Below are positions 25,763-38,079 of a stretch of DNA of 64,000 bases, piece by piece. Position numbers and translations under genes: made by a program. Under the pieces are notes generated by a model that saw nothing but the letters and a program-made list of their open reading frames with translations, was not told the origin of the DNA and searched no databases. Numbering within the stretch: the stretch's first letter is position 1; every line of letters starts with the position of its first letter. The DNA comes from Laetmonice hystrix (taxonomy: Eukaryota). The DNA is taken from positions 20,896,001 to 20,960,000 of the forward strand of contig OZ249436.1 in the NCBI GenBank assembly GCA_965235115.1, given 5' to 3'.

Positions 25763-27864
25763 CACCCAATCTCCCATGAGACATTGCGCGTAGCTTATGT
25801 CTCTGCCACCACTTACCTTTTTACGCGCTGATTCCTCATATATCAAACTCTTTCTCCAACTTTCTTAATTACCATGGGAATTCCTAGCTACCCTATCTGA
25901 ATAGAGGAAGGTCTAAGGAGTCCAACAAATTTATTTACAATTCAGATATACCCCAAATACGGAAGGAACTATTAAAGGATAGTGGAACTATTTTTTTGCG
26001 CGAAGTTATCCATTGTTTACTAGTGGTGTAATAGGGTGTTTACACGGGTCACCAAAACAAGGGGACTTTCCGACATTTCGCCACTGGCACACAAGATCAA
26101 TGCCTCAAACTTGCTGTATAGTCGCAAAACATGTTAAACTCGACACCTGTCAAGTCTACATATTATTTACTGAACGATGGTGGGTGTAATCTGCCGGGAT
26201 TGTCTCGAGTCGACAGCGACCGCGGCCCGGGTTTTCTAAACGACTAAATCCAAGAGCTGTTATTGGATGAAATTCAAGTAGGCCGTCAGCGCATGAATAT
26301 TTTAATCAAGTGGTGGCAGAGATGTTATACCCAGACAGCAGTGACATCTTGCGGCGGAGAGTGGTCCACACCCACACACACGTAGTACTAATAGACCTAA
26401 CAGTTACCTAGTTTGCTTACGTAGTACGGAGTATAGATCTAACCTAGCCTTACATACAGGTGAAGTTCCAATCCTCACATTAGACGTGGTCACTGAATTC
26501 GGCAAAACGCCTTTGGACGTTTTGCAGTCATTCGCTGCCATCGCGATCTACACCAACATGAAAACGACTAGTACTATAGGATGGTCCATCCTAGTACCCG
26601 TTTGGTGCGATATCACCGAGTACGGCTTCATATCGCGTGGGCGTGGACCAATCAGAAAGCGGCATTGTTACTGGAACTGTGATAAATGTATATTCGAGTC
26701 ACCCACGGTACCCACTGTATGAATCTCTCAAAATCCCCACCTCCTTCAACAGATTAAACTATTCGCCATCGGACTGCAATTTTAATGACAGTGTGCACTG
26801 TGCCTCATCATTTTCCCATCATTCCGAATCATATTTCCTTATTGGCGAAGAATCTCATAACATATAGCATGTCGGGAACACATCCCAATAAGTACTTGCT
26901 GCTGTGATGTTCACGTCATAGAATGAATTAGACCTTCTCTCTTAAGTAGGTACCCAGTAGCCGTACATAATTGTTCCTTCGTCTGTAAAGGGTACCAGTA
27001 CAAAGAATTTTTATTTCATGTCTCCATTAGACTTATCTTATTTCATGAACCCTACTAATGCAGAAGGATGCTCTAACTTATGGTTGGCATTTATAGGTCA
27101 TCGTCAGTGACTCAATAACCGTAAAATTCCTGTCATTAAAGGCCTTCATACTAGCGTAGTTTTCGCGTGATAAGGTTCAGTCAGGAGGTGTAAGAGGGCT
27201 GAGCGGGGTTCTGGGTTTTTTCTACTTCCCTCACACTAGGTTTAATACAGATTGATGAAGAGAATTATGTTTCGAATACTTGTGCCTTTTAGGGTCGCTA
27301 TTAGATCACGTTCCTGTTTATTGTAGCTGTCCTTTTTTATTTAAAAGACACGCAGTCTATGCTGCCTGTACGTGATTCGGAATGTAAGTCGAACACGACA
27401 ACTTGTCTTCAAAGAATGACTGTTATCATCATATAAGGCGGCCTCAATTCCATGTAGGCCTAGCCTATATCTAGTTTTGTCGTAATAGCACTAGGCCTAG
27501 GCTATCCCTGTGTCCTGTTTAAGACCTTGTTTAGGCATATCAGGAAATTTCATGGACTAGGCGGCAAAACTGGACGTGGGAGCATGTGTTGGATTTGCTT
27601 CAAAGTTGGGGCATAATATTTAGGCAAGTTAGAAATGACAGCTATAACCCCCCCCCCCCCCCACCCCACCCCACCCCCACCTTACCCTCGTGTGGGTATT
27701 GGATTTATGGTCTCCCTGCCCCCAACCCTGAATATCGATCTTAGAACTTTGAATGGAAAACGTGAAAATGTTATTTATGATTATATTGCATAGGCCTAAA
27801 CGCTGCGATAATTATGTTTCACACCTTCTCGTCTCTCTATTCAATGCCACTTCTTGTTATGCAG

Positions 27865-27980
27865 GATTCAAAACAATCATGCGATGCGGACGTGACCGGA
27901 AACACTACAGCGCCATCTCGGGACTAACGAGAGAGTCGTCGATGGATCTGCGAAGCGCGACGGTGGTCACAAAGATCTAA
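27865..27980 (+). CDS. GPCR-A terminal coding exon (C-tail)
   Basis: Acceptor TTCTTGTTATGCAG, compatible with the phase-1 donor at 22863. Gives (G)FKTIMRCGRDRKHYSAISGLTRESSMDLRSATVVTKI*. Parallels the GPCR-B last exon (GF start, T-x-hydrophobic end). Confidence 0.85.
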
Positions 27981-28191
27981 ACGCCCCCTAGTGTCCATGG
28001 TAGACACTGCATGCGACATGAGCATCCCCATTACAAACATGCACGAGTATTATAGAAATCCCTTGCACATTCAATATCCGATCTGTTACAATGTCACGGG
28101 ATAAAGGAGGGAAGCCAAACACATTCAAAGACACCCCGATGGACCCCATCAAACATGAAGCTGCGACGACGTCTAATTAATCTCTCCTCTC

Positions 28192-28530
28192 TCCGTTTTC
28201 CATGATGTACGCGTTTCTACCGGCGTGTAGATTCTACGTACATTCCGCCCACATGGAAAACGGGCCTGCGGAAACGCGCGCGGAAAAGTCGATGTAGCCT
28301 ACTAGTTCGATAGTGTTGCATTTCCATGTGGGCGTTTCCACGTGCGAGTAGGCCCAACACGCGCGCGAGAAAAAAGTTGATCGATGAGCGACTGAAACGC
28401 GCGCGTTTTTCCCCGCGATTTTTACTGAGATCATTCAAATTACACCCTGGAATGGGGCCGGGGAACCCCCGCGATAACGTCTATTTTGGTAACTTCTCTC
28501 GCGCGCGAGATGCAGTCACATGGAAATGAT
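28192..28530. mobile_element. CG-rich MITE-like element
   Basis: TTTCCATG..CATGGAAA inverted ends and many CGCGCG motifs. Confidence 0.45.
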
Positions 28531-29679
28531 TCTTAAACGGGCTTTACGTTCCTAGTCGGCCTATAGACACCAATGACTATAAGTTTTTTACGGGCTGTTC
28601 ACGGGAAATTCTGTTTGGACCAATGTTCCACAAAGGGTGTGCCCACTGGAGGGCCCTTTGCCAGAAAAGTGAACTTCGAATGAATTACTTGTCAGGGGGT
28701 TACTTTATTGTACACCTACAAAGCGGTTGATGAAAAAATTGTACATGGATGGATATTTTTATTTAGTCCTTTTTCTGAACTCGTCACGCGCTTTCTCCGT
28801 GCAGCACGGTTCGCTCACCCCCCCCCCCCCCGACGTAATTCTTATGTTGGCACAGCACAATTCAAAGCATGATTTTGATTTATTATTAGCTTACTGTGAT
28901 GATGTTATGATTGAATGAAAACAACAGAGAAATTATATTATCAAATCCGCCTAATAATCATACGCTTTGCTCTTACGCATTTTCCCAATCATAATCAGTC
29001 TACCTGGACGAATTTAATTACTTTAAACACCTTTCAGTATAAGCTGACTTGAGTAACGGCCTCATGTATGATTTCTGTGTTTTAGAGATGCTGTCGGCTG
29101 AAGAGGTCGTGGCCAAGGCTGCTGCGCCGGCGTCTGGACGGAGTCCTTCCCGACACCCCTCTCAGTGGGCGTCATCCCGCCATAAGACGGGCGCATGCGC
29201 CGCGCGTCCTACCACCTGGTGGCGGTGGTGCGAACACCCAAACGTTCATTGATTGTGGCGTGTAGCGTGTGTTTATGATGAATGCACTACGTTAGCAAGC
29301 CTTCAAACTTGAGATGCTATCAGCGAAAGTTTAGTTTGTCACCATCGAAGCAGTTATTCCGTGCAGGAATGCGAGAATTATGAACGTAATTCGGCCTAAA
29401 GTAGCCTTGTTCACAGAGTAAAGCTATCTAGTAGAAACCCGTGGATTCGGTGAATGTGTATCAAAAGGATGACCATACCCGTGGCTACATAAACATACTA
29501 AGATAAACTACCAGGAGGGATACTGAGGGGGACGAACCTCCTGCTTACCTTTCATCACCAGTCATCAACAAATCGATCCGGATTCTCACACAGAAGGCTA
29601 TACGTCCTTCATGCCCTACTACTCATGCCAGTAAAGATAGACTTTACACATTATGAAGGCCAACCCCACACGTTTTGCA

Positions 29680-30084
29680 CAGGATCCCAATCCTATCATA
29701 GTACAGGATCGTTGTATCTACGATTACTTTCTACGAAATGATATTGCTCAGGATCCCAATCCTATCATAATACAGGATCGTTGTATCTACGATTACTTTC
29801 TACAGAATGATATTGCCCAGGATCCCAATCCTATCATAGTACAGGATCGTTGTATCTACGATTACTTTCTACAGAATGATATTGCCCAGGATCCCAATCC
29901 TATCATAGTACAGGATCGTTGTATCTACGATTACTTTCTACAGAATGATATTGCTCAGGATCCCAATCCTATCATAGTACAGGATCGTTGTATCTACGAT
30001 TACTTTCTATAGAATGATATTGCCCAGGATCCCAATCCTATCATAGTACAGGATCGTTGTGTCTACGATTACTTTCTACAGAAT
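29680..30084. repeat. 69-bp tandem repeat, ~6 copies
   Basis: Unit CAGGATCCCAATCCTATCATAGTACAGGATCGTTGTATCTACGATTACTTTCTACAGAATGATATTGC(C/T). Confidence 0.95.
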
Positions 30085-30660
30085 AGTATACGATTTCACC
30101 CACGGAGTGTGGCTAGAATCCCGTGATGAAATTATGAGATGTGAAAATAGTACTCTGGTAGAAATATTTCTACCTAAACGACTTATTTGGATCACATTTA
30201 GCACCAATAGTGAATGTGAGAGTTATTGATACAAGAATACTTGGTCTTGAGATCACGTATTTTACTAGATTGGCATGTCAGAATGGGCAGAAATAGTCAT
30301 AGCACCACAAAAGGATGTCTGACACTTATATTGATGTTTATTTGTGTAGATGAGATTGCGTTCTGTGAATGTTGCATATTATACCGTCGACATGCAGTAT
30401 ATATCCGCACCCCACCCACATCCCAACCCCGACCTCACTCACCCCTATCTCCCCTTCATAGCTTCAGGTCAGTTGTATTGAGTAGTCTCGTTTAGTAAAA
30501 AAATGGCAGTGCGCTTGCAAACAAACGCTTGAGTCTTGTGATGTAAAGGTCAACTATAAAAACATCAGTTCATGATACAACTAGAGATTGTGTGGTTATC
30601 TGTGCTTTTTCCGAAATGAACTGTGAAACGACGTGTGTGAGGGAATCTTTTTTTTCAATG

Positions 30661-31045
30661 ACTACATAAATCAATAAATGTATACCCACAGAAATGGAGA
30701 AATCTAATGAAATTCAACATTCCAGTTGCCTGTTGTCGCTATCAAACAAACGATAGTCTCATGGTTGGTTGTTGACAAAATCGTTGACCTGGCACTGACT
30801 TGAACAACCAATGAAATTCATCGGGCGATGAACCAATGAATGTCTTTGGCTTTTCAAGTTAATACCAAGTAAATGATTTTGTTAACAACCAGCCATAGGA
30901 CGATCGCTTCATGTAATGTTGAATTTCATTAGCTTGCTCCATTTCTGTGGGTATAGATCTACATTTATTGATTTATGTAGTTTCAGGCCTTATCTAACAC
31001 AACAGCCCACGTCTGCATATTGAAGTCATTGAAATAAGAGATAGT
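30661..31045. mobile_element. Second, truncated copy of the 20224-20574 palindromic MITE
   Basis: ACTACATAAATCAATAAATGTA..CCCACAGAAATGGAG with inverted partner CTCCATTTCTGTGGG..TACATTTATTGATTTATGTAGT. Confidence 0.8.
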
Positions 31046-32253
31046 CGGTGTTGATCGGCTGATCTGCTGTACCCAGATCTTAAAGGGCGAATCATTGATC
31101 CAAGGGGATTATCCTTTCGTCGTCCTTGCGACTTTGATTTTTCTCTTTTATTTCGCTGTAATTCGCCGGGGCGGACAGGTAGCAAAACTTAAGCAGTGAA
31201 ACTCCCCCTTAAAAGAAAAATCGCATGTATGTCTCAAGTAAAAATCGCCTTTTGGGTTCAACCTTTCAGTTTAAATTACTGGAAGCAGGTTGTACATATT
31301 CGATATATGGGGGGGGGGGGACTAACTAGAATGTTTGCTTTGAGATATATTGCTTTGTCCTTGAAGTTGGTTAGAGTTAGAATTTGAACAAACTGGCAAT
31401 AAATTGATAGACAATTTATTCTTTATTTCCATGACTGAAGCCACATTCCTACCATAACAACATGCGAGTAGAATACGTTGAAGGACGATCACAAGTTGGG
31501 TTTCATTGCGTTCGCTTACAGTTATATTGGGTTTCTTTGCAATAAAATTGTGTTTCCATTCACTAGGATTACTGGATTCATCAAAGTAATCGATGCGTTT
31601 CCTGTGATAATTAATCTCCCACCTGGTAGTACCGCTCGTCAGCGCAATAAGTGGATACTGTGCGGGACCTCAATTACAATCATTGAGAGAAACCATTGAT
31701 GTCCTTGAGAGGCAGCACCTTGTATTCTTTCTCTTTTCTTGTTCTTTCCTTTTTTCTTGTTTTTGTTTTTAACATGCTTTTACGTAATATGATTAAAACA
31801 GACCTCATTGACAATAATGATTTGCGATTCACTGGCTATGGTGCCACAGCTTTGTAATTCCATTTCCATCGACAGTTATGACAGAATCGACTACAAATAC
31901 TCTAGGACAACGGTAATAGAGTTGTCTGATAGGTCAACACCACATGAGCTGCTTGTTATTATTTTAAACAATTAGGCATATACCAACGCTTGACGCATCT
32001 GTATTTCAAACAGATTAACGAAATACATTGCCACGAAAGTACGTGCGTTTCTGGACTGCTCGGCATGACGTTAATTCACTTAAATTCTTATGTTGTAAAT
32101 CCAACCGTAGTATAATTGTCACAGATTCTTCATATAGGTGTTTATAGTAATTGAATGGATGGATATCCTGCTACGTGAAGTTCTGACAACCTAGTGTTAC
32201 GACAAACGTCGTTATATGACGTCACCCGCTGGCCGCCTATGCGGGTTCTGACG

Positions 32254-32351
32254 TCATACCCGCGTGATGGATGACTTGTCTCGTTTGTCCCGTGTACTCA
32301 CCACCCAGTATTGGTGTGTGTGCGACTTCATGGAAAACGTGTCACGGAATC
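32254..32351 (-). CDS. GPCR-B terminal coding exon (C-tail)
   Basis: Minus-strand acceptor GATTGCAG|GA, phase 1. Gives (G)FRDTFSMKSHTHQYWVVSTRDKRDKSSITRV*, paralleling the GPCR-A last exon. Confidence 0.8.
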
Positions 32352-32358
32352 CTGCAAT

Positions 32359-32440
32359 CATAACCACTCATTGGTGACGACATAATGGAACATAACCACT
32401 CATTGGTGACGACATAATGGAACATAACCACTCATTGGTG
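32359..32440. repeat. 32-bp tandem repeat, ~2.6 copies
   Basis: Unit CATAACCACTCATTGGTGACGACATAATGGAA. Confidence 0.9.
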
Positions 32441-32699
32441 TAGTCTTGCTGTTACAGTAAATGTCAGATCAAATCTGCTGTACTTATCTAGCGGTCTAAA
32501 TCCCCTACCTTTCCATCTGAAATTTGTATTGTCTAAGAGTATTTACTGTTCAAACAGGATTAAGTGGGATTTATCATCATCTTTGCCATCATCATTGCCA
32601 TCATCATCAACGACACCAACAACGTCAGTCAACCCTGCATACTATTAGAAAACTACGTGGATCACGGTAATTCGGTGCACCCCGTCTGTTTGGTGGTTA

Positions 32700-32885
32700 T
32701 ACCGTTGACACACCGACGCTCCAATGCGCTTCGAAGCGCTTCAATTTGCATTAATACGGTTCTTGACACATCAAACACGGTTCCCAATGCGCATTGAATC
32801 GCATTGAACCCAAACCACATCCATATGTGGATTCAATGCGCTTCGAAGCGCATTGAACAAAACCGTTTTTGGTGTGTCAACGGTG
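32700..32885. mobile_element. Small TIR MITE flanked by TA
   Basis: TIR ACCGTTGACACACC / GGTGTGTCAACGGT with internal palindromes CAATGCGCTTCGAAGCGC. Confidence 0.75.
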
Positions 32886-32907
32886 TAATAATCCTACACA
32901 GACTTAC

Positions 32908-33016
32908 CTCTACGAAAGCGTCCATTGAAACAGGTGTATATCAACGGATTAAAGGCGCTATTGGCGAAGGCCAGGAATGTGGCGAAGAAGTTGAATTTTT
33001 GATACCACCCGGGCAA
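32908..33016 (-). CDS. GPCR-B exon encoding TM7-helix 8
   Basis: Acceptor TGTTCCAG, donor G|GTAAGT. Encodes LPGWYQKFNFFATFLAFANSAFNPLIYTCFNGRFRR. 109 bp; 22/36 residues identical to the GPCR-A exon by manual count. Confidence 0.95.
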
Positions 33017-33411
33017 CTGGAACATGAGAAGATGGTATTTAAATCATTAAACACGGTTCTTCGTGGAACCTAATTACTCGCCCGGTTTGGAACCATATCT
33101 ATTAGAACTGTGAAAACTTTCAGTAAATTAATGTATACCATTGAGTGAGGCGTACATGTCAATATCGAGGTCCTCGTCTACAGTGCACTGTGGCTTGAAT
33201 AACAGCCCACCTCTTTTACAGCCAGGTGGCAGTTTTCGATCCATTTCGCTCAGTTTAAACGCTAGGGGGCGCCACTGCCGTTACGCTAGCTCTAAGCGCC
33301 GGTCGTTCAGGGTCAGACAGGGCAGTCATGTTGAGGTTTAGTGTTAGGACTCTAACCTGTAAACTTACATATTTCCATAGTTACCTATTTAGAATGTATA
33401 GTTGTACGTAC

Positions 33412-33516
33412 TGGTATATTTGGGTTGGGTCGGTGTTCAGCGTAAAGAATTGTAATCTGGAAGGGGAGCCAGCATAATGCAAACACGGAGAGGATGACGA
33501 GTAGCATGACGATCAC
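33412..33516 (-). CDS. GPCR-B exon encoding TM6-ECL3
   Basis: Acceptor TCTTACGTTAG, donor GTACGT. Encodes VIVMLLVILSVFALCWLPFQITILYAEHRPNPNIP. 105 bp; 26/35 residues identical to GPCR-A by manual count. Confidence 0.95.
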
Positions 33517-33622
33517 CTAACGTAAGATAGAAAACACGATATAAACCTACTCCTACAATCATGGGATATAAAACCTGAAAACATTGTGGTTTCACACCGA
33601 GCAAATAGTCTGCTAGAAAGGT

Positions 33623-33757
33623 TAGATGTTAGCGTCGTTTTATCCTGCGTGCTTTCAGTATTAAGTAATACATTAGAAACTCTGCACTGTAGATGTTAGC
33701 GTCGTTTTATCCTGCGTGCTTTCAGTATAAGTAATACATTAGAAACTCTACACTGCA
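33623..33757. repeat. ~67-bp tandem duplication
   Basis: Two copies of TAGATGTTAGCGTCGTTTTATCCTGCGTGCTTTCAGTAT..AGAAACTCT(G/A)CACTG. Confidence 0.9.
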
Positions 33758-33923
33758 CTATTCCGTTTCTTTATGTCATTCTATAGCAGATGGTGACATT
33801 CCGAGTCAGTGAAAAGGAGACGCAACGATTTTTTTTTGCTGAATCAAAATATCGTTTGGCAATGTCGAAAGTTGCATTATAATCCCGGAACAAATACGTC
33901 AATGTTTTTATTTCCACGTGGGC

Positions 33924-34734
33924 GAGGGACTGTGTGGGTATAGTTTGTTGTGTGAGGGACTGTGTGGGTATAGTTTGTTGTGTGAGGGACTGTGGGTATA
34001 GTTTGTTGTGTGAGGCACTGTGTGGGTACAGTTTGTTGTGTGAGGCACTGTGTGGGTATAGTTTGTTGTGTGAGGGACTGTGTGGGTATAGTTTGTTGTG
34101 TGAGGCACTGTGTGGGTATAGTTTGTTGTGTGAGGGACTGTGGGTATAGTTTGTTGTGTGAGGGACTGTGGGTACAGTTTGTTGTGTGAGGCACTGTGTG
34201 GGTACAGTTTGTTGTGTGACGCACTGTGTGGGTATAGTTTGTTGTGTGAGGGACTGTGGGTATAGTTTGTTGTGTGAGGCACTGTGTGGGTACAGTTTGT
34301 TGTGTGAGGGACTGTGGGTATAGTTTGTTGTGTGAGGCACTGTGTGGGTACAGTTTGTTGTGTGAGACTGGGTGTGGGTACAGTTTGTTGTGTGAGGGAC
34401 TGTGTGGGTATAGTTTGTTGTGTGAGGGACTGTGGGTATAGTTTGTTGTGTGAGGCACTGTGTGGGTACAGTTTGTTGTGTGAGACTGGGTGTGGGTACA
34501 GTTTGTTGTGTGAGGGACTGTGTGGGTATAGTTTGTTGTGTGAGGGACTGTGGGTATAGTTTGTTGTGTGAGGCACTGTGTGGGTACAGTTTGTTGTGTG
34601 AGGCACTGTGTGGGTACAGTTTGTTGTAAGAGGGACTGTGTGGGTATAGTTTGTTGTGTGAGGCACTGTGTGGGTACAGTTTGTTGTGTGAGGCACTGTG
34701 TGGGTACAGTTTGTTGTGTGAGGCACTGTGTGGG
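33924..34734. repeat. 28/30-bp tandem minisatellite
   Basis: Unit GAGG(GA/CA)CTGT(GT)GGGTA(T/C)AGTTTGTTGTGT. Source of the spurious 33771-34862 ORFs. Confidence 0.97.
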
Positions 34735-35162
34735 CCGGGTTTGCTGTTCATTTTTTTACATGGGAAAGTAACAGGAGGCCAGCCTGACAGAAGGCTGTCA
34801 CTGCCCAAACTCAACTCGAACCAGCAAAGGCTCATATTTTCTATTAATCCAAAGGCACACAAAGCAGGGGCAAACCTTCAGGGAAAGGGGCAAGCCTCCA
34901 AAGATAAATAATGGTCTCTGTTTGAAGAGAAAAAAACCATGTATGGAGAGGGAGATAGAGAGACAGGGAGAATTGACTGTGATATGGTTCGGCCAGTGAG
35001 AATCTGGAGAGAGGCCAGGCTCTGTGACTGATGGCAGCGGTTCCGTGGTTTGTATCCATGCCAAGACAAAATTACGTTATCCATATTCCTAACTTTAGAT
35101 TCCACTAAATGTCAGTAGACAAACCATCAACGTCGGGTTATTCGATGTTAAGCTGGCCTTGC

Positions 35163-35736
35163 TACCCTTACAATGCCCCTCAGTACCTTTGGGTACATTT
35201 TGTCAGCTGCCTCCAACAACCCGTGCTTGTCTACCCTTACAATGTCTCTCAGTACCTTTTGGGTACATTTTGTCAGCTGCCTCCCCCAACCCGTGCCTGT
35301 CTACCCTTACAATGTCTCTCAGTACCTTTGGTTACATTTTGTCAGCTGCCTCCCCCAACCCGTGCCTGTCCACCCCTACAATGTCCCTCAGTACCTTTGG
35401 TTACATTTTGTCAGCTGCCTCCCCCAACTCCTGCCTGTCTACCCTTACAATGTCCCTCAGTACCTTTGGGTACATTTTGTCACCTGCCTCCCCCAACTCC
35501 TGCCTGTCTACCCTTACAATGTCCCTCAGTACCTTTGGGTACATTTTGTCACCTGCCTCCCCCAACTCCTGCCTGTCTACCCTTACAATGTCCATAGTAC
35601 CTTTGGGTACATTTTGTCCCCTGCCTCCCCCAACTCCTGCCTGTCTACCCTTACAATGTCCCTCAGTACCTTTGGTTACATTTTGTCAGCTGCCTCCCCC
35701 AACTCATGCCTGTCTACCCTTACAATGTCCCTCAGT
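35163..35736. repeat. 69-bp tandem minisatellite, ~8 copies
   Basis: Unit CTACCCTTACAATGTCCCTCAGTACCTTTGGGTACATTTTGTCAGCTGCCTCCCCCAACTCCTGCCTGT. Confidence 0.95.
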
Positions 35737-35933
35737 TTCTCATCCACTCCCGCTTCCTCCAGCCTAGCCGCCTGGTGACGTAGCCGACGTTGCGTGGCGT
35801 GTTTTAACGCCAGACTGGCGGCCATCTCGCGACAGGTTTCGTGAAATGAGTCCTGACAGACGTTTGCGGCGTATGAAACCGGCCCTAGGGTGTAGATGCA
35901 GCGGAGTGAAACTCGCCCGTCACATGGCAGTTA

Positions 35934-36691
35934 GGGGCCCTTTACACACATGGAGATCATTGGGTGACCATTGAGCGATCAAACATTGGCCCGATCTCTC
36001 CACGATCTCCTAAAACACTAAGAGATCTATATGGAGGTCGGGGAGAGATCAGGTGCGACCAAGAGAGTTCACTGAGAGATCTACGGAGATCACTGAGAGA
36101 CCAGGAGAGATCGCTGAGGGATCATTGAGAGTTCCTTGGGCGACCAAAGAGGTTGTTGAGCGTTTCTTGGGAAAATAGGGGGTTTAGCACCCGCAATAGT
36201 CCCCAGTGCCGCGCTTCCCATCGCCGCGGCAATCTCTCCCCAATCTCTCTATGAACGCTCAACAAGCTCTCAAGCGGAAATTGATCGCCCAATGATCTCT
36301 CAGCGATCTTCGCCGCGGTCTTTCAATGAACTCTATTGGTCTTTCATCGAACGCTCAGCGATCCCTCATTGATCTCTCAGCCATCTCTACCTTCGGGTGG
36401 AAAAATTTGGCATACATTGAAAGATCGCTGAAAGATCATTGGGAGATCCATGAGATCGTTGAGCGCTCCTTGAGCGTTCGTTGAGAGATCGCTTCCCTTT
36501 GTGATCGTTGAGAGATTGTTTTGGATGCGTCAAAACTGTGAGGAGACGGTGGCGACCGTGGGGATCACTGGTAGATCATTGAGAGATCTTGGCGATCACT
36601 GGGCGCTCATTGAAAGATCGTTGAGAGATTTCGTCATTTCTTCATCGCTCAACGATCTCTCGACGATCGCCACCCCTGTGTAAAGGGGGTA
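35934..36691. mobile_element. Non-autonomous TIR element with GAGATC/GATCTC-rich interior
   Basis: CCCTTTACACA / TGTGTAAAGGG inverted ends flanked by TTA/TAA. Architecture similar to 892-2291. Confidence 0.6.
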
Positions 36692-37065
36692 TAAACGATC
36701 GAGGTTATTCTCCCCTCCTGATTTACATACAATGCACAGGGTAATGACAATAATTGTATCGTATTGTCTAAAAGTTAAAATATTAGATATATGACGGAGC
36801 AATAGGTTGTACGATCCCTCATAGAATTCTTCCCGGGCCCCTATCTTGAACTTTGAACGTTACGGGGATATAGGATGTTTATCTCTGGAAGGTTTCAGTT
36901 ATTTACTTTATTCCAACAACTCCTGGTGATATTCTGTTACTCAGTTGTAGGGTAAACGATTACATTACATACCACCTAGCTAAAGAATGATATTATTCAC
37001 GCCCTTGGAATCAACATTGTAGGTCACACATCTCAATACAATGAGATAATCACATGTCTCATTAC

Positions 37066-37511
37066 CTTTCTTTTCATTTTCATTTGTACGTTAACCTCGG
37101 TATCTATCCTTTCTCCTGGCGTCCGTTTTCTCCATAGTTTCCAGATGATGAGGGAGTAGGCCGCTGTCATGACAACGATGGGTATAAAATACAAGACGAT
37201 GGAAATGAAAGTATAGTAGAATGTTCTGGACGGATGTGTCACGAGGCTGGCGTTACTGTGAGGGTTGTGACATCGGACAGCTGGCCACGTGTCACCACAC
37301 CAGATCTCCACGTGATTCGCCCACACTCGGGAGAACTGATGTCGGTAGAAGAGCAGTGGTGTGGAGAGGCCCACCGATACGAGCCAGATGACAGCGATCA
37401 GCGGCAGCGCTCTCCGCTCCGTCAGGTGGGCTTTCATTGCGAACACGATTCCGAAGAATCGGTCACAGGATATCAGCGTCAACGTCAGCACACTTGACAC
37501 CAGGGAGAAGA
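37066..37511 (-). CDS. GPCR-B (paralog of GPCR-A), internal exon encoding TM3-ICL3
   Basis: Acceptor TTTTCTCTACCCACAG, donor AAG|GTAAT. Encodes (V)FSLVSSVLTLTLISCDRFFGIVFAMKAHLTERR...EIWCGDTWP...YFIPIVVMTAAYSLIIWKLW...KRK. 446 bp, aligns without gaps to GPCR-A. Confidence 0.95.
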
Positions 37512-38079
37512 CTGTGGGTAGAGAAAACCGAATATTCAGGTTAAAAAACGGGGTGAGGATGAACATTACAGTGAGTTGACATGCAGACAGCTGCCTGGCG
37601 GCATCTGATCAGTGACATGATTGTTTCCTGTTAGTCGTGGGTGGAAGACGCACAGATAGCGGGGGCAGCAGCACTCAGGTCTACCGTATCAGGTGGTATT
37701 CGTTTGAAATCTGCGTCATATAAATATTCTGTCTTCAAGTGGTGATATAAAGCATCTAAATGTCAATGTATCTCGGAGCTATCGCTCATCGTTTGTCGAG
37801 GGCAATTACCTCTGTTTATATGGGAAACTGGAATTATGGGCGAGCTAATCTTAGCAGGCATGCAGCTGATGGAATAAAGCCTTTCACGAAGAACATGCTT
37901 TGCCTTCTCTACTTGTCAATTTCTTAGAAATTTTCCTAGCGCCTTGACAATCAGAAGCTATTAGTAAATTGACAATGTGGTTTCAGGAAAGGGCAATCGA
38001 CATGAACAATGGTTACAATAACTGTAAAAATGAGTTGGAAAGCAATCTGCAAGATTCTGAAAATAACTATAAATAGCTA

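Noticed and set aside
29653..30012. 119-aa repeat ORF (QDPNPIIVQDRCIYDYFLQNDIA)n as a possible neuropeptide precursor next to the receptors
   Set aside because: No signal peptide, no dibasic cleavage or amidation sites, and a stop within the fifth unit; explained by a 69-bp tandem repeat.
33771..34862. 363-aa and overlapping ORFs (PHSASHNKLY / TQQT / HTTN repeats)
   Set aside because: Translations of a 28/30-bp minisatellite that shifts frame between units; lies in a GPCR-B intron.
35109..35778. Three overlapping 160-200-aa ORFs with 23-aa repeats
   Set aside because: A stop-free 69-bp minisatellite open in all three frames with indels between units; no coding evidence.
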